Shown here piece after piece: positions 50,663-60,102 of a stretch of 64,000 nucleotides of DNA; position 1 is the first letter of the stretch; every line of letters begins with the position of its first letter. A program made the position numbers and the translations under genes. This DNA is from Promethearchaeia archaeon. Its GTDB lineage: Archaea; Asgardarchaeota; Lokiarchaeia; Sigyniarchaeales; SOKP01. The stretch lies in contig JAWOCD010000017.1 of the NCBI GenBank assembly GCA_046483985.1, positions 32,001-96,000 of the forward strand, read 5' to 3'. A model generated the notes under the pieces. That model was not told the origin of the DNA. It made no database searches and saw nothing but the letters and a program-made list of their open reading frames with translations.

Positions 50663-50706
50663 AAAAATATTTTTATAAATGAAAAGAATTCAGTCTTAGC
50701 GGGTAA

Positions 50707-53502
50707 CTAAACTTGAATAAGGATTTTTAGTGTCTTGATCTCAAACTTATTGAAGGAAAGGGTAATTTTATGTTTTCCTTGTAATTTGTAGGTTTGTTTT
50801 TGCTGGTTCTGTAAATCACGTTCCAGTAAATCCGTTTCCACTACATTTTTAATTTCTAGGGCATCATGACATTGAAGTTCCACATTTTCTTGCGTCTCGC
50901 CCGCGGTTTCAAAAAGTCGGAGAATCAGAAAGGTTGTGCTTTCTTTCATTTTTATGCCATCGTCCCCTAAATGATTGATCATTATCCGTTCTGGCGGCTT
51001 AATCGTTTGCAAAATTATGTTTGGATTCGTTACATGAACAAGTGAGCATGGCTCCTTAAAAATCCTTTTAAAGCGTTTATGTACGTAAGGGTCACTCAGC
51101 TGAATTTTATTTTGGAGGTTTTGATCGTTTCGTGCAGCTGTCAAGAGTGGATAATTATATTCGTATCCGTTCCTCCATGCAGCTGCTTCTTTGAAGCCTC
51201 CTTTATGGATTTTAATTGCATAACTGGTCCTATTCAATCCAATATCAACATATTTGGTACGCTCCTGTTTAGGAACGAGATCTAAGTGAGAAAAGAAAGG
51301 ACTACTTGCCCGGGCTGGCGTGTGCACCAACGTTAAATAAATTCCCTTTTCATTTGCACTAAAGCCGTACTTCGAATTGTTAACAATAGTAATGCCTCTA
51401 TCCTCCTCTGAGACATCTACGTACTTTTGAGCGGGAAATTCCCATTTCCCTTCTTCCATTTTCGTGTTGGGGATAATTTTCCGTTTCAAGTACCCATAGG
51501 GGATCTCTCCAGCGAGTTCATTTGTATTAAGATTGAAGGGAAACCGCGTTTTGAACAAAAGATATTTATCATGTACGTCGATATCGGTCTGCAAGTCAAT
51601 TTGAAGAGAATCAGGGCGTAATGAGACATAATGTTCGATTTTAGTATTCCGAAAAGTGTAGATTATTTTAATCTTTTTTAGGCTCTTGGAATCCTCCACT
51701 ACCTTAATTCCCTTGACCATCCCGATGTCTACGGGTAACTGGGTATATCCCGAATAGATTGACCAAGCGGGATGTGCGATCTTTCTTTCTTCATAGACAT
51801 GTACACCGATACCATCCCTTTCTCTTATATACTCTCTCTTATTCTCTTTATGAATCAGCGAAACTATTTTCCCAGATTCTTTTTCAACAGTGAATGAGAT
51901 CAATTTATTTTCAAAAATGAATTTATCGGAAACGTTCCACAATTTTAGTACCGATTCTTTCCGTGATTGCTCATGTTTTTTCAGAAGCTCAGATTTTTTT
52001 AAAATTTGAAAAGAAAGCGGCTCGATTTCTCTTAATTGAATTGGAACAGACCGATTATTGTCGTCTTTAATATGGATAAGTCCGTTTCGTTTCCATGGAA
52101 TGGTATTGACAACGATTAGATAATCATTCTGCTCTTGTTCTTTAATTTCATTCAAGTTGAGATATGTTTGCAAAAGTAATTGCAAAGCTTCGGAGATATA
52201 AGCAGTTGCGTCATCGACCACATTCTGTAATTCCTCTTCTTGCTCATAATAAACGTCTTGGATACTCGATCCTGGTAAAATATCGTGGAACTGATTGAAA
52301 AGGACATGTTTCCACAGTTTTTTTATTTTTTCATAGGGGTAGAAATATTCCCGGAATATTACGGACAAAAACGTCAATATCAACTCACAATTCCTCATTT
52401 TAACTTCACAGAGCCGATTTAAACGCTTAGTTTCCGCTTGTGAAGTGTAGATTCCTCTGTGAAATTCTAAATAGAGCTCATCATTCCAAACAGGTAATAA
52501 ATCTCCGCACTCCTTCCGTAAGGTTTTGAAATATTGTCCCACTGTACAAAATTTCATATGCCCTGCCCGTGCAATATTGGTCATTATATCTATTTCCTCA
52601 ATCCACGGACCCATTCCACCGTCTCCAAAACCATAAAAAATCCCGCAAGTCTTAATTCGCTTCTCGGTCAGTGCATTCTCAAACTCCTCCATTGTGTTAG
52701 AAGAATCAAAGACTAATCCTCTCTCATTGACTTTTCGACTTGTTCTTTTATAAAGATCGAGGCTTAATACCGAATTCCAATTGAATAGAAACATATGCGT
52801 AAATATTTCCGATCCGTCTAGCCCTCGCCAGAGAAAATTGGCAAATGGAAACTCATTATAGTCATTCCACGTGATTTTAGTTGTCCAAAATGCTTCTCCC
52901 CCGGATTTTTTAAGAATCTGAGGTAATTGAGCATTAAAACCGAAGGTATCGCTTAAGGATTCTATTCTCGACAATTTGCCAAAATGTTCAAGATAAAACA
53001 ATTGCCCGTATAATCTCTGCCGAACCAAGGATTCCCCACTCGGAAGATTTGTATCAGGTTCAACCCACATTCCACCGATGATTTCCCACCGGTTCTTTTT
53101 TTCGTACTCTTGAATCTTTTTAAACAATTTTGGCCGAAGCATCTTGACCCAGTCATAATATTGGGGTGTGGTCTGTGAGAAAGTAAAATAGGGATATTGC
53201 TCGAAATGATCTATAGCTTGTTGAAACGTAATGATTGCTCGTCGAATTGTGGATAATTTTGTCCATAACCAACACGCGTCCAAATGAGATTGCCCAATAG
53301 CATAAAGGTTGAAATTCTTTAATCGAAAATTCTTTTTATACTCTGAAAATTTGGCTATTGCCATATGCAGATAATAGTTGATGTTGTGGTTCTGAGAAAA
53401 TTTCCAACATTTTCGCCACGCCCTATTGTGTAACATGGCTTCCAAGGGGCGATCTAATTTGGTTCGAAGTTTAAGTCTTTTTTCGTCGAATTTGTTCAGC
53501 AT
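50707..53502 (-). CDS. alpha-mannosidase, glycoside hydrolase family 38
   Basis: SHLDACWLW, GGMWVEPD, GESLVRQ, SDTFG, GDGGMGP, NQFHDILPGS. Confidence 0.93.
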   Translation of the reverse strand: MLNKFDEKRLKLRTKLDRPLEAMLHNRAWRKCWKFSQNHNINYYLHMAIAKFSEYKKNFRLKNFNLYAIGQSHLDACWLWTKLSTIRRAIITFQQAIDHFEQYPYFTFSQTTPQYYDWVKMLRPKLFKKIQEYEKKNRWEIIGGMWVEPDTNLPSGESLVRQRLYGQLFYLEHFGKLSRIESLSDTFGFNAQLPQILKKSGGEAFWTTKITWNDYNEFPFANFLWRGLDGSEIFTHMFLFNWNSVLSLDLYKRTSRKVNERGLVFDSSNTMEEFENALTEKRIKTCGIFYGFGDGGMGPWIEEIDIMTNIARAGHMKFCTVGQYFKTLRKECGDLLPVWNDELYLEFHRGIYTSQAETKRLNRLCEVKMRNCELILTFLSVIFREYFYPYEKIKKLWKHVLFNQFHDILPGSSIQDVYYEQEEELQNVVDDATAYISEALQLLLQTYLNLNEIKEQEQNDYLIVVNTIPWKRNGLIHIKDDNNRSVPIQLREIEPLSFQILKKSELLKKHEQSRKESVLKLWNVSDKFIFENKLISFTVEKESGKIVSLIHKENKREYIRERDGIGVHVYEERKIAHPAWSIYSGYTQLPVDIGMVKGIKVVEDSKSLKKIKIIYTFRNTKIEHYVSLRPDSLQIDLQTDIDVHDKYLLFKTRFPFNLNTNELAGEIPYGYLKRKIIPNTKMEEGKWEFPAQKYVDVSEEDRGITIVNNSKYGFSANEKGIYLTLVHTPARASSPFFSHLDLVPKQERTKYVDIGLNRTSYAIKIHKGGFKEAAAWRNGYEYNYPLLTAARNDQNLQNKIQLSDPYVHKRFKRIFKEPCSLVHVTNPNIILQTIKPPERIMINHLGDDGIKMKESTTFLILRLFETAGETQENVELQCHDALEIKNVVETDLLERDLQNQQKQTYKLQGKHKITLSFNKFEIKTLKILIQV

Positions 53503-53631
53503 CTTTGTAAACGTTTAAAATTAATCTTATTACATGTGAAAGATATCCCTTTTCTTTAAACATTTCTATTTCCGTCAACTGGATTAACTAAAGCCTAATT
53601 CCTTCAATTTTAAAAAATAAGAAAAATTCTT

Positions 53632-55254
53632 TTAAATAATATCAAAGGCTCTGCATAACCAATAGACCATCGTATAGGAGGTTCCTGGCGGTTCTTCGAG
53701 CCCATTTCCATTTGGATCACCGCCTTCTTTCTGTAACGGATTTGTCTGCCAGACATTATGTTGTGAGGGATATTCTGAGACTGTGCGTGGCTCTCTATAG
53801 ATTTTATCCTCCATGCTAAATAGGTCTACCATCCAGGAAAACATCCAACCTCTGGGATTTTTTTCGATAAAATCCAACCATTTTTGCCTCGACGGGTCTA
53901 AGACCTTCTTTCTCATTTCTGGGTTTGTACTGGTAGCGCGGGTAGAATGCGGACGTTCCGTTAAATTGTAATTTCGAACGGGACACCAATTACTGGTATG
54001 GAATCTCCATAATTGATCGCATACATCCCATGTGACTTTTTCGTAATCATACTTCGGATTATCAATAGCCTTCCTTTGTGCATCGGGGAGTAACTTCAGA
54101 AATGCGAGGTGGACTGAATTAAAAAAGGCATTGCGATGATAGCGAACGATGGGATAGAAATTTTGCTCAAAGTTCTTTATATAAAGATATTGTAACTGAG
54201 GATCATCTTCTAAAATAATTAACGGAAACATCGATTTACATGCACCCATAAACGCGAAATACTCCATCCCTGCGTTCCAGAGTTGTCCCATATTTGCCCT
54301 CCTCATTCGAAGCATTTTAGCGGCGGTATAATGATAAAGGTCCCCATATTTTTCTGGAAAGGCAGTTGCCGCTATTCGCAAGGCAATGAGTTTCCACGGA
54401 GGTGTATTGATATCCGAGCCAGTTGGAGATCCATCATAATCTAGAACGAGCCAATTTGATTCTTCCTTCCAATGGTGAATAACTTGTCCGATCATTTTTT
54501 TTGTGGTATTAACTGCATATTTAGAATCCTCATTTACAGAAGAGTCAATAAATTTCAAAACGGACGCCCACCCGAGGTACATCCCTGATACTTCATCTCG
54601 AGATGTTTTTAAACGGACCCGCCAGTTACTATATACTCCAGTCCCATTATGGTGTCTTGGATGAGGTTCAAGCATGAAGGGGTGATATTTCTTTGCGTCT
54701 TGGTAAGAGCAAGCAAAACGAGCGATAATTCCGGGATACCATTCCCCGTTGGGTTTTTTCCCTAACCCGCCGTTCGGTGCGGCGATCAACTTGGCAAATG
54801 CATCCACAAAAAATCTCACATCGCTACTCGCGTTTTCTAACATTTCCCCGTCTCCACTATCTAAGGCCGTTTTGTATTTAAAACACGCAGCTGCAAGCGC
54901 ATAGGAAGCATGGGCTGCCCCATTATCTGTATGGTGCCATTTTTCAATAGCGTCATATGTATAGGATCTATTTTTAAAGGTCACTTTTACGGGATAGCCT
55001 ACGGGACTGTTTATCTTCCGATTCCGCCAATCAAATTTTTCTGCCATTTCTTCCAATCGAGTCATATTAATGCTTTCTTTATCTTCGAAATACTCTGTAT
55101 TGGGTTTCTCCAGCTCATAAGTGAAGGAATTGATGTCATATAGGATGTAAAGAACCGCAGAGCCATAAGAAAGGACCCCTAATAATGGCAATAAAAAGAG
55201 AACTACTATAACTATATTTTTATTTTTGATATTTTTTCTTTTTCGAATTCTCAT
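53632..55254 (-). CDS. membrane-anchored extracellular protein, possibly an (alpha/alpha)-barrel glycan-active enzyme
   Basis: N-terminal TM; TDNG and TSRDEVSG acidic motifs; Trp-rich; next to GH38. Confidence 0.45.
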   Translation of the reverse strand: MRIRKRKNIKNKNIVIVVLFLLPLLGVLSYGSAVLYILYDINSFTYELEKPNTEYFEDKESINMTRLEEMAEKFDWRNRKINSPVGYPVKVTFKNRSYTYDAIEKWHHTDNGAAHASYALAAACFKYKTALDSGDGEMLENASSDVRFFVDAFAKLIAAPNGGLGKKPNGEWYPGIIARFACSYQDAKKYHPFMLEPHPRHHNGTGVYSNWRVRLKTSRDEVSGMYLGWASVLKFIDSSVNEDSKYAVNTTKKMIGQVIHHWKEESNWLVLDYDGSPTGSDINTPPWKLIALRIAATAFPEKYGDLYHYTAAKMLRMRRANMGQLWNAGMEYFAFMGACKSMFPLIILEDDPQLQYLYIKNFEQNFYPIVRYHRNAFFNSVHLAFLKLLPDAQRKAIDNPKYDYEKVTWDVCDQLWRFHTSNWCPVRNYNLTERPHSTRATSTNPEMRKKVLDPSRQKWLDFIEKNPRGWMFSWMVDLFSMEDKIYREPRTVSEYPSQHNVWQTNPLQKEGGDPNGNGLEEPPGTSYTMVYWLCRAFDII

Positions 55255-55390
55255 TTAATATGATCTTATTCATCTCTTTTATTATATATTTTTAAAAAGA
55301 GGAAATCATATTGAACGCGGGGGCAATAAATAAATTAAGAATTTTTAATCAGTAAACTATATAATATTTAGGGAGCTGTAATACGCAATT

Positions 55391-55897
55391 ATGCCTCAGA
55401 AAAACAGAAAAAAGCCGATATTTATTATGACCATAGGAATTCCGGGTTCAGGGAAAACTCATTGGGTAAGAAATAATATACCAAATAATAAATTCAATAT
55501 TGTTTGTCCGGATTTGATAAGGAAGGAAGTGACGGGAAGAATCTCTGATGTCTCTCAAGATGATCTTGTATGGGATATTGCAAAAAATCGAGTTACCGAT
55601 GCCCTTAAAAAAGGAATGAATGTCGTATTGGATGCAACTAATGTGAATCAAAAGGATCGGCGAAAATTTGTTAAAACATTACCGCCCCATCAATTATTTG
55701 CCAAACGGTTTGAAGTTTCCCCAAAAACTGCAAAAAAACGAATCCAAAAAGATATTGAGTCACAAAAAGACCGTTCCCATGTCCCTCAAGATGTGGTAGA
55801 TTCTATGCATGAACAGTTCGTAAGAAGTTGTTCAGCGGAAGATTTACACGAGGAAGGGTTTCAATTAATAGAAGGTATTGAGCAGATACTACCCTGA
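55391..55897 (+). CDS. P-loop kinase (AAA_33/polynucleotide-kinase-like)
   Basis: GIPGSGKT, PDLIR, VVLDATN..R, R..VP..V. Confidence 0.88.
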   Translation: MPQKNRKKPIFIMTIGIPGSGKTHWVRNNIPNNKFNIVCPDLIRKEVTGRISDVSQDDLVWDIAKNRVTDALKKGMNVVLDATNVNQKDRRKFVKTLPPHQLFAKRFEVSPKTAKKRIQKDIESQKDRSHVPQDVVDSMHEQFVRSCSAEDLHEEGFQLIEGIEQILP

Positions 55898-57355
55898 TTC
55901 GGGAACTTTTAATCTACCTTGCTTCTTTAATTGTTTTAAATATTTCCGCCTCTTTCTTTCGTGTATCTCCATAAGATGTTTCTTCTTTTGGATCCATTCT
56001 TCGCCAGCGAGCGGATAAAATGTCATAGATAATGCGCTGATACCTAAAAATATGCCCGGAATTAAACAAAATGCCACCATAATGCCAATTAAAGCAAGTT
56101 CTGTCTGAGGCTGTTTATACGGAACGCCACTAATGACCTCAGGAGATTTGAATCCGAATGCAACGATCACGGTTAAGAAGAGCCAATTGGCTATTGAAAT
56201 TGGATATTTGGTGACAATTGCGTTTACGCCACCGTAGATTGCTTCTCTCCGTTTTCCAGTGATTAATTCATCGTTGTCAATTATATCTCCCATAATCACC
56301 GTTTGTAATATTAACGCGCCCGCAAGGCCCACCCCAAGAATAAAACCGGGAATACTTGCCAAAATGGCACTAAATCCGATGAAAAAAAGTAGAATAAAAC
56401 CAAAAGAGATTAATGATAAAAGTATCATCATTAATTTTTTTGGTCCCCAATCATCAACCTTATTAAGAGTAATTAGAAAACCTAACAAAACACCGCACAT
56501 TAAAGAAATAACTAAATAGGTAAAATTTTGACCCACGATAATGTAATCAATATAATAAAGTATTCCTGTCTGTAAAACCGGCAACACCAACGCAATACAA
56601 AAAGACGGAATCATAAATATCCAGAATGGCTTGTTCTTGAGTGTTAATTTTAAGCCTTCAATAAATCCGACCCTCTCTTGCATTTGTGCAAACATATTTT
56701 CCTTTAATCCATATGAGGTTATAAATAGGGTGATTGCCCCACCAATTCCAATTATCACCATTAAAGGTAAAAAGAAAGGATGGACCCCATCTTGTCCCGT
56801 TAAAAAGAGAATCGGAATAATAAAGCCCATAGCTACTGCAACAAAATTAAATATTGAGGAGAAAAAAGAAAGTTCTGCCCTTCCTGGAGCTGTAAGCGCA
56901 ATCTCATTGGGTAAACAAAAAAAACAGCAGCCTATAATAGTAAAAACAGTGTCTAAAAGAAATAAAGCCAATATAAAGTTAAAAAATAATCCAAGCGGAG
57001 TATGCCATATCGGAAACCAACAAAATATAAAAGCCAGACCGTAAAATATACTTCCAAACCGGATAAATGGAATACGTCGTCCGATTTTGGTTCTCGTATT
57101 ATCAATAAAATAGGAAGCAATGGGGTCGTTAATTACATTCCAGAAGCCAAAAAGCAACCACGCAATTCCGATTAAGCTCGGATCTGCACCGATTTTTTCC
57201 ACATAATAGAAGGTTATATTCGCAAAAACAAGCCCTTGCAACAGAGCATTAGCCAATGCACCAAAACCGAAATTTATTTTGATTTTAAGGGGGATTTGTT
57301 CTTTTGGGAGTGTTTCCTTCTCATCCGAAGGCTGTTTCTTATTTATTTCACTCAT
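55889..57355 (-). CDS. GPH-family (MelB-like) sugar:cation symporter
   Basis: WNVINDPIASYFIDNTRTKIGRRIPF; DIIDNDELITGKRREAIYGG. Confidence 0.92.
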   Translation of the reverse strand: MSEINKKQPSDEKETLPKEQIPLKIKINFGFGALANALLQGLVFANITFYYVEKIGADPSLIGIAWLLFGFWNVINDPIASYFIDNTRTKIGRRIPFIRFGSIFYGLAFIFCWFPIWHTPLGLFFNFILALFLLDTVFTIIGCCFFCLPNEIALTAPGRAELSFFSSIFNFVAVAMGFIIPILFLTGQDGVHPFFLPLMVIIGIGGAITLFITSYGLKENMFAQMQERVGFIEGLKLTLKNKPFWIFMIPSFCIALVLPVLQTGILYYIDYIIVGQNFTYLVISLMCGVLLGFLITLNKVDDWGPKKLMMILLSLISFGFILLFFIGFSAILASIPGFILGVGLAGALILQTVIMGDIIDNDELITGKRREAIYGGVNAIVTKYPISIANWLFLTVIVAFGFKSPEVISGVPYKQPQTELALIGIMVAFCLIPGIFLGISALSMTFYPLAGEEWIQKKKHLMEIHERKRRKYLKQLKKQGRLKVPESG

Positions 57356-57501
57356 TTGATTTAGAACACTTTTGTTTTTCTATATTTCTATAGAAAGAAT
57401 GACAAGTTAATCATATAATAGGGTTGAAATGTATATATATTTTCAAGAAGTCTTTTTTTAAAGAACTCAAGGGAGGGCAAGATTCGCATTCAAAATGAGT
57501 T

Positions 57502-57840
57502 TCACTCTTGAACTTTGCAATACAAATGTTCGGTTTTTACCTCAAAATTAGCTTTTCCCTCATTTAATCTCTTAATTATCTGCTCTAAAGTTGTAATGGG
57601 AAGAATTTTACGAGCAACTCCAACACATTCCCGAAGATAATATTCTTCATCTAATTCTTGTATGGGAAACATCTTACATTCCTTTGTCTTATCGGGATGA
57701 TTACATTCTCCATCTTTAAAATGTGACCCCTTGCAATAGCGCAAGCAGCACTCCCCGCAATCCTTGCACGCATCCATCTTCAATATGATATTGACCACCT
57801 TAATCCCCTCTCTTAGACTCCTCCTTAATGTGTAAGTCAT
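57502..57840 (-). CDS. small CxxCxxCC cysteine-cluster protein
   Basis: CKDCGECC..C..C..CKMFP; true start may be the internal MDAC. Confidence 0.65.
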   Translation of the reverse strand: MTYTLRRSLREGIKVVNIILKMDACKDCGECCLRYCKGSHFKDGECNHPDKTKECKMFPIQELDEEYYLRECVGVARKILPITTLEQIIKRLNEGKANFEVKTEHLYCKVQE

Positions 57841-58714
57841 TTTCTGATTTCCTATGATCTGCTAACCAATTATTGATTAATTCATACGCTTCATAAATAG
57901 ACTTGGACCTTTTTACCAATGAGGTGAATGGATTAAATTTGGAGACAGTTGAAGTTTTAAACCAAAAGATTTTAGTGGAAATTTCTTGCAAGTTTACTTC
58001 CGTTCTTCCAATTGTGTGTTTTCCGCGAAACCCATCTAATGCCATCTGCAAGGCTTTATTAGATCGGGAAAAAAATTTATTGCGTTCCCGAAATGTATTA
58101 ATCACTCTTAATAATTTCAAATCCTTCTCGTTTATCCAACTACTTCCCACGAGACCTTTCATTAATTTGATAGAATGCAAATTTTGTTCAAATTCCTTGG
58201 GAGTAATCCCTCCCGCTATACCCGGACCAATAATACAGAGACGATTCTCAACTTTTAGTAAATTTAATAATGCAAGCGATAATGAACCCAGTGCAGGACT
58301 TAATATTTCCTTTTCCAATCCGCTACATACGAGATTACCACCCCCATTCACTCCTAAAACATATTTAATCTTTTCACGTTTTAAGATTTTTTCAAATTGG
58401 GTAAATGTATGGCGTAACCCAGATTGAAAAGTTACGACCATAAAATCTTCTCTAATAAATTCCAATAATTCCTCAAAGAAGGGCACATAGATAGTAGACG
58501 AATTATAAAAATCACATATATCCGCATTTAATATCGATTGACATGTTCCATAAAGCACTTTATCAAATTTCCACGATTCAAGTTTTCGCTTCATCAGATA
58601 TGCGCTTGTAAGGTCTCCCCCACCAGACATTCCCAATATCAAGATGGGAGAATCTCTCTCTAAAGTTTCGAATATATAATTGTCCATATTTTTATTATAA
58701 AATATAAAAATCAA
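57800..58714 (-). CDS. DUF1152-family protein
   Basis: GMSGGGD; GVNGGGN; GLEKEILSP; GPG. Confidence 0.65.
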   Translation of the reverse strand: MIFIFYNKNMDNYIFETLERDSPILILGMSGGGDLTSAYLMKRKLESWKFDKVLYGTCQSILNADICDFYNSSTIYVPFFEELLEFIREDFMVVTFQSGLRHTFTQFEKILKREKIKYVLGVNGGGNLVCSGLEKEILSPALGSLSLALLNLLKVENRLCIIGPGIAGGITPKEFEQNLHSIKLMKGLVGSSWINEKDLKLLRVINTFRERNKFFSRSNKALQMALDGFRGKHTIGRTEVNLQEISTKIFWFKTSTVSKFNPFTSLVKRSKSIYEAYELINNWLADHRKSENDLHIKEESKRGD

Positions 58715-58775
58715 ACTTCAATATAAACGTGATTTTTAGGAAAGAATAAAAAAACCAAGAAAATTAAGATGAAAA

Positions 58776-59246
58776 TTACTTTTTTACTAACTCTTTCCCT
58801 TCTTCTTGCCACTTTTTGATTGATTCCGCTGAAGCTCCCTTGACAATGGCGGCCAACTCTTCGGGATCTTCCCGTAATATACCTTGGACGGAATTAACAC
58901 CTACAAGTTTGAGCTTCTCATCAGTCGCAGAACCTAATCCATCTAATTCGGTTAAATCGACCGGTTCTCGTTTCACCTTTGGCTTACGCCTCTTCTTTGG
59001 TTTTTTAGCTCTTGGTACGAATGGTTCTCGCTTCTCTTCCTCTTCGGGTAATTCGAGTTCTTTTAATTTCTCAATATTCCATTCATACGCACTCCGTCTT
59101 CGTATATCAACTCTTATGCCATGCTTTTTGAGATCCTCAACGCTGTGTCCGGATTCCTTAACCTCCTCAATCGAAAATCCGTAACCTTCTCGTGGCTTTT
59201 TGGTCCGATGGGGCGATTTAACGATCGGTTTAATTTTATTTTCCAT
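58776..59246 (-). CDS. rpl13e: 50S ribosomal protein eL13 fused to a C-terminal helix-hairpin-helix domain
   Basis: PIVKSP..REGYGFSIEE..VDIRRRS..NIEKL; DLTELDGLGSATDEKL HhH. Confidence 0.88.
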   Translation of the reverse strand: MENKIKPIVKSPHRTKKPREGYGFSIEEVKESGHSVEDLKKHGIRVDIRRRSAYEWNIEKLKELELPEEEEKREPFVPRAKKPKKRRKPKVKREPVDLTELDGLGSATDEKLKLVGVNSVQGILREDPEELAAIVKGASAESIKKWQEEGKELVKK

Positions 59247-59331
59247 TTCGTATTCACTTTTCTTAATTTCTAGTTAACAACACAAATAAGATATAGAGTA
59301 TAATTTAACGTGGATATTATAATTTTCTATT

Positions 59332-59973
59332 TCATGATGAGAATGAAATGATATCCAAATCCTCTAGCTTTTTAAGAATTTCGTTAACCTTGCTCCGACT
59401 AGTGGCCAACTTTCTGGAAATAGCCAAAGGTGAATTTTTCCCGTCACATAGTAGCGCGACTTGAAATTCAAAATCTTCAATCATACCCATAGAAAGAATT
59501 TTCTCCAAAACGTTACGTACCAAGAGCAATTTAGGAAAAACTTCGGCAATCTTACCCCCTAAGGTGAGATTTTCAATATCTGCGGTGAATGATTGGAATC
59601 TCGTCTTTTCCGTGGTGATGCGATAGGTTTTTAGATCAGATTGATGTTTTTTCCAAAACCGCTGCCCGATTTTATGAAGGACTTCTTTAATCTTTTCTGT
59701 CTTATCATCAGCGTCTGAAATTGCACAAAATAAAATTCGGGAGAGGGGATGAAAATAAATAACAACGGTTGATTCTTCCGAACGGATTTCCCTGGTCATT
59801 TCATCGATACGCCTTCCCTTTGCCATTGCTTCTTGCAAATTATCGATTGTACGGTTGACGATATTGAAAAAATTAGTTATGAGGGTATCATCGATCTTTT
59901 TTAATTTGACGAAGGTGGTCTCTAAGAGGGAGATTCCACCGTCACCGTCAATAAGATAAACCTTATAAATCAT
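59332..59973 (-). CDS. longin + winged-helix protein, NPRL2-like
   Basis: KVYLIDGDGGISLL longin start; HPLSRILF..SDADDKT; LLCDGKNSPLAISRKL..ILKKLEDLDII WH; GGTGAGG SD. Confidence 0.7.
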   Translation of the reverse strand: MIYKVYLIDGDGGISLLETTFVKLKKIDDTLITNFFNIVNRTIDNLQEAMAKGRRIDEMTREIRSEESTVVIYFHPLSRILFCAISDADDKTEKIKEVLHKIGQRFWKKHQSDLKTYRITTEKTRFQSFTADIENLTLGGKIAEVFPKLLLVRNVLEKILSMGMIEDFEFQVALLCDGKNSPLAISRKLATSRSKVNEILKKLEDLDIISFSS

Positions 59974-60102
59974 TTCTGCCTCACCAATAGAAGTACTTCA
60001 GAGAAGTGCTTGAAAGGACCATCTTTTCTCAAAAAACTAAATTATATTAAAATAAATAATTTTACTAATTTTATAATTAAGTATTTCATTTTATAGATTT
60101 GT

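Noticed and set aside
57903-59184. 174-aa and 122-aa plus-strand ORFs
   Set aside because: Antisense shadows of the DUF1152 and eL13 genes, with no motifs
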